A stretch of 64,000 nucleotides of DNA from NCBI GenBank assembly GCA_964620965.1, contig CAZUHV010000002.1, positions 117,452 to 181,451 on the forward strand, in the 5' to 3' direction. This DNA is from an uncultured Pseudomonadales bacterium. Lineage in GTDB: Bacteria; Patescibacteriota; Microgenomatia; UBA1400; PJMF01. The translations under genes were made by a program, and so were the position numbers. Shown piece after piece: positions 55,119-64,000 of this stretch; within the stretch, counting starts at the first letter, position 1, and each line of letters opens with the position of its first letter. Under the pieces are notes generated by a model, which was given only the letters and a program-made list of their open reading frames with translations, was not told the DNA's origin and searched no databases.

Positions 55119-56186
55119 ATGCTAGATGTAACAAAATTATTTATGAAAATTGTCCAGATTGATAGTGTTTCTGGTGAAGAAGAAAAAATGGCACACTACC
55201 TCCTTGATTTCTTCAAAAATGATTGCAAACTCCATCCGACAATTGACTCAAGTAATAACGTGTTTATTCAAACACAAGGAGTTGGAGAACCAATCTTTTT
55301 CAACTGTCATTTAGACACTGTAGAACCTGGCAGAAACATTGTTCCAGTACTCAATAACGGCATCATTACAAGTAAAGGAAATACTATACTTGGGGCAGAT
55401 GATAAAGGGGGAGTAGCAGCTTTAATGTCTGCCATTCAGTATATTTCCCAAAACAAAAATACTTCTTGGAGACCACTCGACATTTTGTTTACAACTTCAG
55501 AAGAAACAGACTCTTATGGTGCAAAAAATTTTGATAAATCAAAAATTAGAGCAAAAATTGGCTATATTTTTGATGGTACTGGGCCAGTTGGGGACATCAT
55601 GTCTGCAGCACCATATTACGCAACATTTGACATTAAAGTGCGTGGTAAAGCTGCTCACGCTGGATACCCTGAAAAAGCTATCCCAGCTCTTCCAGAAACA
55701 CTCAACTTAATTCAGTTACTCAGGGCACTTCGAACAAAAAATGCTCTCGTTAACATTGGAGAAGTGTATGGGGGAACAGCAAGAAACACCGTCATTGGAA
55801 CAATGCATATAAAAGGAGAAATTAGAAGTTTTTATAAAACTACATTTGAAAAAACTGTGAGAGAGGTTAAAAAAATTGTAGGTCAAAAATACAACTGTGA
55901 ACTCTACTCTGAACTCATTATTGTTAATCCAGGATATATTTTTGATAAAAAAATTCTAAACCCAGTTAAGAAACAACTTGAGACCTTTTTAAACAGAAAA
56001 GTATCTGTAAAAAAATCTTTTGGAATTTCTGATGCAAACATATTCAATGAAGATCTTAAAAAACTCACTGTCATTAACTTGGGTGACGGAAGCTCTCACG
56101 CACACACAACAAGAGAGTCAGTTACTGTAGAAGCACTCGAAACAATGCGTGATTTAATCCTAAAACTAGCCAAAAATCAGGAGTAA
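55119..56186 (+). CDS. M20/M25/M40 metallopeptidase (PepT-like)
   Basis: CHLDTV, LGADDKGG, SEE, GKAAHAG, SDAN, HAHTTRE. Confidence 0.9.
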   Translation: MLDVTKLFMKIVQIDSVSGEEEKMAHYLLDFFKNDCKLHPTIDSSNNVFIQTQGVGEPIFFNCHLDTVEPGRNIVPVLNNGIITSKGNTILGADDKGGVAALMSAIQYISQNKNTSWRPLDILFTTSEETDSYGAKNFDKSKIRAKIGYIFDGTGPVGDIMSAAPYYATFDIKVRGKAAHAGYPEKAIPALPETLNLIQLLRALRTKNALVNIGEVYGGTARNTVIGTMHIKGEIRSFYKTTFEKTVREVKKIVGQKYNCELYSELIIVNPGYIFDKKILNPVKKQLETFLNRKVSVKKSFGISDANIFNEDLKKLTVINLGDGSSHAHTTRESVTVEALETMRDLILKLAKNQE

Positions 56187-56190
56187 AATA

Positions 56191-58323
56191 ATGTATAATC
56201 AAAACACAGAAAATCAAAAAAATAATCAAGCAAATCAAACAAAAAGGACTGCCGGTATGTCAAGAATGGATGAAACAATTCAAGCTAAAACTGAAAAACG
56301 CGAGCAACTTGAATCTTTAGGAATTAACGTACACCCATATTTATATAATAAACAACAAACTATTGCTCAAGCGAGAGATATGATGGATGAATCAGTACAA
56401 ACTGCTGGTCGCATAATGTCTATTCGTGCGCATGGAAAAGTTATTTTTGCTGACCTTCAAGATTCTACTGGAAATATTCAAATCATGGTCCGAAATACCG
56501 AAGTCTCAGAAACTGATTTTAATTGGCTTAAAACTTTGGTTGATAGAGGAGATTATCTTGGTGTTGAAGGTACTGTCACAACTACAAAAACTGGTGAAGT
56601 AACTATTTTAGCCTCAAAATATGAACTGTTAAGCAAAGCACTCCGCCCAATTCCAACAGAATGGAATGCTGCAGACAACAAAGAAGCTCGTTTTAGAAAA
56701 CGATATGTCGATATGCTCATTAACTCTGATACAAAACGAGTTTTAGACGCACGTTGGCTGATCACAAAAGAAGTAAGAAGATTCTTACAAGATCAACATG
56801 ACTTTGTTGAAGTCGAAACTCCAATTTTACAACCTTTATATGGTGGAACCAACGCAACTCCTTTCACTACTCATATGAATGCATTAGATTGCGATTTTTA
56901 CCTCCGCATTGCTCCAGAACTATACCTAAAAAGACTCATTGTTGGAGGATATGACAGAATCTTTGAAATTGCTCGTAACTTTAGAAATGAAGGAATTGAC
57001 CAAACACATCAACCAGAATTTAGCATGATTGAATGGTATGAAACCTATGCTGACTACCACAGAATGATGAATGTTGCCGAAGATTTAGTCCGCCACCTGG
57101 TGTTTCAGCTCTATGGTAACTACACAATTACTGTGGGTGATGTTAAAGTAGACGTTGAAGCTCCATGGCCAAGAGTTCGTATGGATGAAGCTCTTATACA
57201 ACATGCAAACATTGATTTTGCAAATCTTTCTGATGAAGAAGTGCAAAAATTGATGGAAAAACATTCAATTAAATTGAAAAGCGCTTATACTAGAGGTAAA
57301 GCTTTATTTGCGTTATTTGATGAGTTAGTCACCCCACACTTAATTGCTCCAATTTGGATTATCGACTATCCAAGAGATATTAGTCCACTTTCAAAACAAC
57401 ATCGAAAAAATCCAGAACTCGCTGAAAGATATGAAGCATATATTGGTGGTAAAGAACTCGCTGATGGTTGGAGCGAGATTGTTGACCCAATTGACCAAAG
57501 AAATATCTGGGAAAACGAACAAGCGAATATGCGACATGGCGACACCGAAGCTCATCCACTTGATGAAGATTTCCTTGAGGCTATGGAACATGGTATGCCT
57601 CCACTTGGTGGCATTGGAATGGGCATAGACCGCTTAGTGATGTTCCTAACAAACACTTGGAGTATTAAGGAAGTAATAGCATTTCCAACATTACGGCCTT
57701 TAAACCCACTCACTTCACAAAATGCATCTGGAAACTCAACTAACCATACACAAACTACTCAAAATGGGGCAAGCTCAATAAATGATTCTAATATTACTTT
57801 ACCTCCAAGAGAAGAAGCAGAAAGACTTGTTGAAAAGTATATTACAGACGAGGCACTCAGAAACCATTGCAGAATGGTTGCTCAAGCCATGCAGGCATAT
57901 GCAAAAAAGCTAGGTGTAAACGAAGAGCTATGGTATCAAACAGGATTGTTGCATGACCTTGATTGGGAAATGTACCCAGATGAACATCCAAACAAAGCAA
58001 TCTCTGATATTCTTACCAATTATCCACAAGAATTATTAGATGCAATCGCAGCCCATGCTCCAGACAGAACTGGAAAAGAACCACAAACACAATTAGAACG
58101 CTATCTATTTGCTTGTGACGAAATTTGTGGCTTTATAAATGCTGTCTCACTAATGCGTCCAGAAGGTTTTGAAGGAATGAAACCAAAATCAATAAAAAAG
58201 AAACTTAAAACTAGACAATTTGCTGCCAACGTAAGTAGAGAAGACATTGCGGAAGGGTTAACATTGATTGGTAAATCAGAAGATGAGCATTTTTCCTTCT
58301 TGATTAATGTATTTAATAAATAA
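56191..58323 (+). CDS. lysS: class II lysyl-tRNA synthetase fused to a C-terminal HD-domain protein
   Basis: OB-fold anticodon-binding domain, YLRIAPELYLKRL, FRNEG, GMPPLGGIGMGIDR; after a N/Q/T/S linker: HC..VA, GLLHDLD, HP, AH, ACDE, FAANVSR. Confidence 0.96.
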   Translation: MYNQNTENQKNNQANQTKRTAGMSRMDETIQAKTEKREQLESLGINVHPYLYNKQQTIAQARDMMDESVQTAGRIMSIRAHGKVIFADLQDSTGNIQIMVRNTEVSETDFNWLKTLVDRGDYLGVEGTVTTTKTGEVTILASKYELLSKALRPIPTEWNAADNKEARFRKRYVDMLINSDTKRVLDARWLITKEVRRFLQDQHDFVEVETPILQPLYGGTNATPFTTHMNALDCDFYLRIAPELYLKRLIVGGYDRIFEIARNFRNEGIDQTHQPEFSMIEWYETYADYHRMMNVAEDLVRHLVFQLYGNYTITVGDVKVDVEAPWPRVRMDEALIQHANIDFANLSDEEVQKLMEKHSIKLKSAYTRGKALFALFDELVTPHLIAPIWIIDYPRDISPLSKQHRKNPELAERYEAYIGGKELADGWSEIVDPIDQRNIWENEQANMRHGDTEAHPLDEDFLEAMEHGMPPLGGIGMGIDRLVMFLTNTWSIKEVIAFPTLRPLNPLTSQNASGNSTNHTQTTQNGASSINDSNITLPPREEAERLVEKYITDEALRNHCRMVAQAMQAYAKKLGVNEELWYQTGLLHDLDWEMYPDEHPNKAISDILTNYPQELLDAIAAHAPDRTGKEPQTQLERYLFACDEICGFINAVSLMRPEGFEGMKPKSIKKKLKTRQFAANVSREDIAEGLTLIGKSEDEHFSFLINVFNK

Positions 58324-58328
58324 AAGTC

Positions 58329-58400
58329 GGGCCTCGTAGCTCAAAGAGTAGAGCAGTGCGATTTATCGCGAAGATACAAGTGCAATTCTTGTTGGGTCCA
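58329..58400 (+). ncRNA. degenerate tRNA-like element (pseudo-tRNA)
   Basis: GGGCCTCG-TA-GCTC/GAGC D-arm, T-arm ACAAG-TGCAATT-CTTGT, 3' TGGGTCC-A; the anticodon arm is non-canonical (TGCGA-TTTA-TCGCG). Confidence 0.55.
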
Positions 58401-58447
58401 CAAAAATCAAGATGGCTAAACCAAAACTAACATCTCATTTGCCGTCA

Positions 58448-58456
58448 TGATATAAT
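58448..58456 (+). promoter_or_regulatory. extended -10 promoter for the T-box/serS transcript
   Basis: TGaTATAAT about 11 nt upstream of the first leader helix. Confidence 0.65.
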
Positions 58457-58464
58457 TATCGAAC

Positions 58465-58660
58465 AAAAGCATTTGAAACAGTTAGCAACTGTTGATGGTT
58501 CGCACCAATGCTGCTTGGGGTAAAAAACCAAGCCGGGTAAGCCCGTAACCGCAGGAAAAAGCTAATTTAGAGGTGGCACCGTCTGCGCTTTTGTGAGAAA
58601 TCACAAAACAGACCCTCTCAAGTATCAAGTATATTGGTACTGGGAAGTGTTTATTCCTTT
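58465..58660 (+). promoter_or_regulatory. T-box riboswitch (Ser) with atypical ultrashort Stem I
   Basis: T-box AATTTAGAGG-TGGCACC-GTCTG with antiterminator partner CAGAC-CCTCT (58609-58618); stem II GCTTGG/CCAAGC; stem IIA/B CGGG-TAAG-CCCG-TAACC; alternative terminator-like hairpin 58610-58652; upstream of serS. Confidence 0.88.
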
Positions 58661-58700
58661 AAAAAATATTCCCATACCAATACAACAAGAGGAGGTCACA

Positions 58701-59972
58701 ATGTTGGATATTCAATACATTCGTGATAACAAAGACGTAGTAAAAAAAGGTTGTGAAAACAAACAGCTTGATTCTAGTGTAATAGATGAGTTGCTTTCTG
58801 TAGATAAAAAAAGGAGAGAATTGCAGGTTCAGGTCGATGAGCTGAGAAGACAAAGCAATGAACATGCAAGAATTATTAAAGAGGCAGTTCATAGCGGTAA
58901 CAAACCAACTCCTGAGCAAATTGAAAAAGGCAAAGAAATTAAAGTAAAAATTCAAGAAATTGAACCAGAACTTAAAATTGCAGAAGAAGAATTTGAAAAA
59001 CTTATGTATCAGATTCCTAATGTTCCTGCAGAAGATGTCCCAGTTGGGTCAGATGAATCTGGAAATGTTGTTGAACGTGAAGTTGGTGATAAACCAAACT
59101 TTGATTTCGAACCAAAACAGCACCACGAGCTTATGGAAAACCTTGATATGTTGGATACAACTAGAGCAGTAAGAGTTGGTGGTTTCAGAGCTTACTTCCT
59201 TAAAAATGACGCACTTTTGCTTGAACAAGCCGTTTTAAACTATGCGTTAAAACTATTAGTAACCGAAGGCTTTACTCCAATGTCTGCTCCAATTTTAGTA
59301 AATGATGAAGCAATGTGGGGTACAGGGTACTTCCCATGGGGGAGTGAAGATCATTACAAAACCCAAGATGGACAAATCTTAGCCGGAACTGCAGAAGTGG
59401 CACTCACTGCATACAGAATGGGAGAAACACTCACAGAAAAAGAACTTCCAGTTAAAATGTGTGGACTCTCTCCTTGTTTTAGAAGAGAAGTAGGAACTTA
59501 TGGCAAAGATACACAAGGAATTATCCGTGTCCATCAATTTAATAAAGTTGAACAAGTTGTTTATACTGTTGCAGACGAAGCAGAAACAAGAAATTGGCAT
59601 GAAAAAATGACAAACTTTTCAGAGACTCTTTTACAAAATCTTGAGTTGCCATATCAAGTTTTGCGAATGTGTACAGGTGATATGGGGGCAGGACAAAGAA
59701 AAAAGTATGACGTTGAAACATGGTTCCCAGGACAAGGAAAATACCGAGAAACCCACTCTGCAAGTTATTTTAATGACTTCCAAGCAAGAAGACTTAATAT
59801 TAAGTATCAAGCAAAAGACGGTACTACCAAATACGTCTATACATTAAATAATACTATGGCTGCAACTCCTAGACTACTTGGAGCAATTATTGAGAATTAT
59901 CAACAGAAAGACGGTAGTATCAAAGTACCAAAGGTTTTGGTACCATTTATGGGTAAAGAAGTAATAAAATAG
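58701..59972 (+). CDS. serS: seryl-tRNA synthetase
   Basis: MLDIQYIR start with AGGAGG SD; IPN, GTAEV, CFRREVG, RVHQFNKVE, DFQARRL, TLNNT. Confidence 0.98.
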   Translation: MLDIQYIRDNKDVVKKGCENKQLDSSVIDELLSVDKKRRELQVQVDELRRQSNEHARIIKEAVHSGNKPTPEQIEKGKEIKVKIQEIEPELKIAEEEFEKLMYQIPNVPAEDVPVGSDESGNVVEREVGDKPNFDFEPKQHHELMENLDMLDTTRAVRVGGFRAYFLKNDALLLEQAVLNYALKLLVTEGFTPMSAPILVNDEAMWGTGYFPWGSEDHYKTQDGQILAGTAEVALTAYRMGETLTEKELPVKMCGLSPCFRREVGTYGKDTQGIIRVHQFNKVEQVVYTVADEAETRNWHEKMTNFSETLLQNLELPYQVLRMCTGDMGAGQRKKYDVETWFPGQGKYRETHSASYFNDFQARRLNIKYQAKDGTTKYVYTLNNTMAATPRLLGAIIENYQQKDGSIKVPKVLVPFMGKEVIK

Positions 59973-60041
59973 CCTAGCTTGTTGGCAGTAAATTTGCTAC
60001 AATGCCAGCTCAATACAAATCTATAACTAGATAGGTACCGT

Positions 60042-63002
60042 ATGTTTAAATTTATTAAAAACCTCTTTGATGAAGATAAAAAGACCCTTGATAAGTATCA
60101 AGTTATCGTTGATCAAATCAACGAACTTGAACCAAATATCAAGAAACTTTCTGATGCAAAGCTTGCCGCACAAACTAAAAAATTAAGAAAAATTATTGCA
60201 GAAAGCTTAGAAGCTGGAAAATCAGAGGCAGAAACCCTTGATGAAATCCTCCCAGAAGCATTCGCAACTGTTCGTGAAACATCCAGAAGAGTTTTAGGTA
60301 TGCGCCACTTTGATGTGCAAATCATTGCTGGAATTGCATTACATAAAGGAAGTGTTACTGAACAAAAAACCGGTGAAGGTAAAACCTTAACTGTTACCGC
60401 ACCTCTCTACCTCAATGCATTGCTTGGAAAAGGAGCACACCTTATTACAGTTAATGACTACTTAGCAGAATTAGGCTGTGGTTGGATGGGGCAAATTTAT
60501 CACTTTTTAGGCTTAACAACTTCTGTTATTGTTCATGACCATTCTAGAAAATATAATCCAGAAATTGATAGCGAAAACAGAGGAGATGAAAGACTCGAGC
60601 ACTTTGAAGAAATTTCCAGAAAAGATGCATACCTTTGTGATATCACCTATGGAACAAACAATGAGTTTGGCTTTGACTATCTTCGAGATAACATGGTCCA
60701 AACCCTCGAGAGAATGGTTCAAAGAGTCGATACCCCACATCACTATACAATTGTTGACGAAGCAGACTCTATTTTAATTGATGAAGCTCGTACTCCACTC
60801 ATTATTTCTGCACCAGATGCTGCTCCAACAAGAATGTACACAGAGTATGCAAAGATGGTTAATACTCTTACAAATGAAGTTGATTATGTTGTTGATGAAA
60901 AAGCAAGAACTGCAACGCTTACCGATCTTGGTGTCAAACGTATTGAACAAAAAATTGGTGTAAAAAATCTCTATGAAGAAAGCTTTGACACCATTCACCA
61001 CATTGAATCTGCATTAAAAGCAAAAGCACTTTTTGAGAGAGATAAACATTACATTGTTCGTGAAGGTGAAGTTGTTATTGTTGATGAACATACTGGAAGA
61101 TTAATGTTCGGCCGCAGATATTCAGAAAGTCTACATCAAGCAATCGAAGCAAAAGAAGGCGTGCAAATTCAACAAGAATCTAAAACACTTGCAACTATTT
61201 CTATTCAAAACTACTTTAGACTCTATGAAAAACTCAGTGGTATGACTGGTACAGCTGTAACTGAAGCAGAAGAGTTTGAAAAAATTTATTCCCTGACTGT
61301 GCTTCCAATTCCTACAAATGTTGCGGTAGTTCGTGATGATAAAACTGACGTTGTCTATAAAAATACAGCAGGAAAATACTCTGCAATAGTTTCTGAGGTA
61401 CAGCGTATTCATGAAGCTGGTCAGCCAATAATGATTGGTACAAAATCTATTGAACATAACCAAATCATTTCCAACTTCTTAAAACGTAAAAAAATAGAAC
61501 ATCAAGTTTTAAATGCTAAGAACCACGAAAAAGAAGCTTTCATCATTGCTGATGCAGGTAAAAAAGGAGCAATAACTGTTGCTACAAATATTGCTGGTCG
61601 TGGTGTTGACATCGTTTTAGGTGGAGCAAAACCAGAACTCAAAGATTATAGAAAGACTACTACTACCAAGTCGGAACCTACAAAAGAAGACTGGAAAAAA
61701 GCAGAAGATCTTGGAATTTCACTTCCTCCTTCTGTAAATCCTAAAAACTACAAACTCAAAGAGTATGCTGCTGCATTAGCAAAGTGGCAAAAGGAGCATG
61801 ACGAAGTTGTTGCACTTGGTGGTTTATATATTCTTGGTACAGAACGCCATGAATCAAGACGTATTGATAACCAGCTCAGAGGTCGTGCTGGACGTCAGGG
61901 AGATCCTGGTACTTCACAATTTTTTGTTTCATTAGAAGACGAAATTATGCGTATCTTTGGTGGCGAACAAATTGCCAAAGTTATGGAAATGCTTAAGATT
62001 GAAGAAAACCAACCGATCGAACACGCAATGGTGAGTAAATCAATTGAATCAGCGCAAGTGAAAGTTGAAGGATTTTTCTTTGATCAAAGAAAACGTTTAG
62101 TTGAGTTCGATGACGTTATTAATAAACAAAGAGACATCATCTATAAAAGAAGAAAGCGTTTACTTACCCAAGCTGAGCAAGATATGGATCCAGAATCTGA
62201 AGGTGTTCAGACACTACATGATCAAATCATGAGCTATATAGAGAGCGAAATTACTCATATTGTAAGCGTCTTTGCTCCTCAAGGGTTTACAGAAGAAGAA
62301 TATAGAGCACTTATTAAAGAGTTTAGTAAAATTATTCCATTTAACAATGAATCTCAAGAACAACTTGTAAAAAATATTTCTGCTGAAACAGAGACTGATG
62401 CAATTATAGAAAAACTCAAAAAAGTTGCACACGACACCTACAAAGCAAAAGAACGAGCTACTGGAGAGCAAGAAACAAGAGACCTAGAAAGAATTGTTAC
62501 ACTTTCTACTCTAGATGAAAAATGGATGGAACACATAGATGCAATGGATTCATTACGACAAGGAATTTGGCTTCGAGGTGACAAACGCACTGTACTTTCT
62601 GAATACAAAAAAGAGAGTTTTGCTATGTTTGAAAGCTTGATAGCAAACATCGAATCAACCATTGTTAATAAAATCTACAGAGTTCAATTTACTAATAGAA
62701 TGCCAGTACAACCAAGAGTTGATCTCTCAAAAGCCGTAGAACAAAAACAAGATGTGGGAGAAAGTTTGTCTCAAGAAGTAGCTGCTGTTTCATCAAAAGA
62801 ACAACCAAATAAATCAATGGCAACTACTACTAAGGGTTCAACAAGTGACTTAGCGGCTGTTCTTGCCAAAGCAAAAACAACTTCAAAGGTTAATACCGCA
62901 ACTGCAAAAGAAAAAATTAAGCGCAACGACCCATGTCCTTGTGGAAGTGGTAAAAAATACAAAAAATGTGGTTTAATCAATGCTCCTGAGCATAGAGGAT
63001 AA
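60042..63002 (+). CDS. secA: preprotein translocase SecA
   Basis: KTGEGKT, TVNDYLA, DYLRDN, DEADSILIDEARTPLIIS, GMTGTA, TERHESRRIDNQLRGRAGRQGDPG, SEC-C motif RNDPCPCGSGKKYKKC. Confidence 0.99.
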   Translation: MFKFIKNLFDEDKKTLDKYQVIVDQINELEPNIKKLSDAKLAAQTKKLRKIIAESLEAGKSEAETLDEILPEAFATVRETSRRVLGMRHFDVQIIAGIALHKGSVTEQKTGEGKTLTVTAPLYLNALLGKGAHLITVNDYLAELGCGWMGQIYHFLGLTTSVIVHDHSRKYNPEIDSENRGDERLEHFEEISRKDAYLCDITYGTNNEFGFDYLRDNMVQTLERMVQRVDTPHHYTIVDEADSILIDEARTPLIISAPDAAPTRMYTEYAKMVNTLTNEVDYVVDEKARTATLTDLGVKRIEQKIGVKNLYEESFDTIHHIESALKAKALFERDKHYIVREGEVVIVDEHTGRLMFGRRYSESLHQAIEAKEGVQIQQESKTLATISIQNYFRLYEKLSGMTGTAVTEAEEFEKIYSLTVLPIPTNVAVVRDDKTDVVYKNTAGKYSAIVSEVQRIHEAGQPIMIGTKSIEHNQIISNFLKRKKIEHQVLNAKNHEKEAFIIADAGKKGAITVATNIAGRGVDIVLGGAKPELKDYRKTTTTKSEPTKEDWKKAEDLGISLPPSVNPKNYKLKEYAAALAKWQKEHDEVVALGGLYILGTERHESRRIDNQLRGRAGRQGDPGTSQFFVSLEDEIMRIFGGEQIAKVMEMLKIEENQPIEHAMVSKSIESAQVKVEGFFFDQRKRLVEFDDVINKQRDIIYKRRKRLLTQAEQDMDPESEGVQTLHDQIMSYIESEITHIVSVFAPQGFTEEEYRALIKEFSKIIPFNNESQEQLVKNISAETETDAIIEKLKKVAHDTYKAKERATGEQETRDLERIVTLSTLDEKWMEHIDAMDSLRQGIWLRGDKRTVLSEYKKESFAMFESLIANIESTIVNKIYRVQFTNRMPVQPRVDLSKAVEQKQDVGESLSQEVAAVSSKEQPNKSMATTTKGSTSDLAAVLAKAKTTSKVNTATAKEKIKRNDPCPCGSGKKYKKCGLINAPEHRG

Positions 63003-63037
63003 ACAACTTTTGCCGCAATTAGTGCTACAATGAATGC

Positions 63038-63934
63038 ATGAAGATAATTTCTGGAACCTCTAATCGTGCCTTAGCTCAAAACATTGCGAAGCGACTTAAT
63101 CTCAAGTTAGTCGATGCTGAGATCAGTAAATTTAAGAATGGTGAAAAACGGGTTTGGATCAAAGAAGACTTAAATGGTGAAAATGTCGTGGTTGTTCAAT
63201 CCTTTTCAAACCCAGTTGATGAATATATTCTCGAATTTCTACTCATTGCGGATGCACTCGAAAGAGCAGGAGCAAGACATGTAAACTTGATACTTCCTTG
63301 GATGGGATATTCTTTACAAGACAAACTCTTTAGACACGGTGAACCAATAGCAGCAAAAGTTGTTGCTGATTTAATCTCTAATGCTTATGTTAAAAGAGTA
63401 CATTTGCTTGATCTTCATAACACTAGCATTCCAGGTTTTTTTGCTATTCCAACACATCATCACTCTCCAATTGAGCTATTTAAAGAATATATTAAAAAGA
63501 ATTTAGATCTTAAAAATGCAATTGTTGTTAGTCCAGATTTTGGAGGACTCAAACGAGCAAGGGTCCTTGCAGATGAACTTAATTTAGATCTAGTAAATGT
63601 AGACAAACACAGAAACTTACATACAGGCAAAGTCACTCCTATGGGAATTTCTGGAGACGTTGCTAACAAAATCTGTCTTATTTATGATGACATCATTAAT
63701 ACTGGCAGCACAGTTGTCGAAGTTTCTAAATTCCTAAAACAACATAAAGCAAAAGAAGTACACTTTTTGGTTACACATGGTGTGTTTGCAGGAAATGGTT
63801 TAACCCTTATGACAGATGAAAGCATTAATTCAATAGTGATTTCAGATTCAATCTTTCACCAAGAACTTCCCGAAAAAATCAAAGTACTAGATACTTCAGA
63901 ACTTTTTGCAAAAGCTTTAAAAACTTGGATTTAA
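63038..63934 (+). CDS. prs: ribose-phosphate pyrophosphokinase
   Basis: FKNGE, YSLQDK, DLH, VSPDFGGLKRA, YDDIINTGST, THGVF. Confidence 0.96.
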   Translation: MKIISGTSNRALAQNIAKRLNLKLVDAEISKFKNGEKRVWIKEDLNGENVVVVQSFSNPVDEYILEFLLIADALERAGARHVNLILPWMGYSLQDKLFRHGEPIAAKVVADLISNAYVKRVHLLDLHNTSIPGFFAIPTHHHSPIELFKEYIKKNLDLKNAIVVSPDFGGLKRARVLADELNLDLVNVDKHRNLHTGKVTPMGISGDVANKICLIYDDIINTGSTVVEVSKFLKQHKAKEVHFLVTHGVFAGNGLTLMTDESINSIVISDSIFHQELPEKIKVLDTSELFAKALKTWI

Positions 63935-64000
63935 TAGCTTTTTCTTAAAGAATTTGCTTTCTCATTGTCAGTAGCATATAATTCCTAATTACTAAAGATC

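Noticed and set aside
58361-58367. Reading the tRNA-like element as an ochre (UUA) suppressor or tRNA-Ile(UAU)
   Set aside because: No register gives a 5-bp stem with a 7-nt loop, so no anticodon can be assigned. TAA is also the dominant stop codon here.
58593-58700. ORF-track N-terminal extension of SerS (GTG at 58593)
   Set aside because: It overlaps the T-box antiterminator and terminator. The family N-terminus MLDI with an AGGAGG SD starts at 58701.

Overview
AT-rich bacterial chromosome segment using the standard genetic code 11: long ORFs are uninterrupted and TGA is used as a stop. The gene content and style most resemble a Patescibacteria/CPR genome, probably Microgenomates-like; this placement is inference from the short ATP synthase delta, split transketolase, LytR_C proteins, GGGHP insert in MutM and huge secreted Thr/Ser-rich proteins. 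Housekeeping genes are dnaE (5'-truncated), pyrG, rplS, yraN, truB, split transketolase, ldh, mutM, atpBEFHAGDC, greA, lysS, serS, secA, prs, tRNA-Glu(UUC) and tRNA-Lys(UUU). The accessory content comprises: (1) a ~15 kb surface-assembly locus (5178-19897) with two pilin/WxL-like paralogs, two membrane-anchored DUF916-type chaperone-like proteins, a fibre protein, a 1582-aa adhesin whose cargo domains are nested inside repeated scaffold domains, and a convergent membrane-anchored protein sharing the pilin N-domain; (2) an RLAN-RimK plus GCS2 ligase pair; (3) a divergent GMPR/IMPDH-like enzyme next to malic enzyme; (4) an RnfD-like plus flavinylation-motif pair; (5) a PIF1-WYL helicase plus DUF1599 protein; (6) a GT4-GH57-GH15-kinase glucan cluster; (7) a sortase with a YAETG substrate. 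The most striking non-coding signals are a T-box riboswitch upstream of serS with an ultrashort Stem I (apical AGC Ser codon plus a second UCG hairpin), a degenerate tRNA-like element just after a LysRS-HD fusion gene, and many apparently leaderless promoters. All calls come from visual motif recognition; no searches or folding programs were run.
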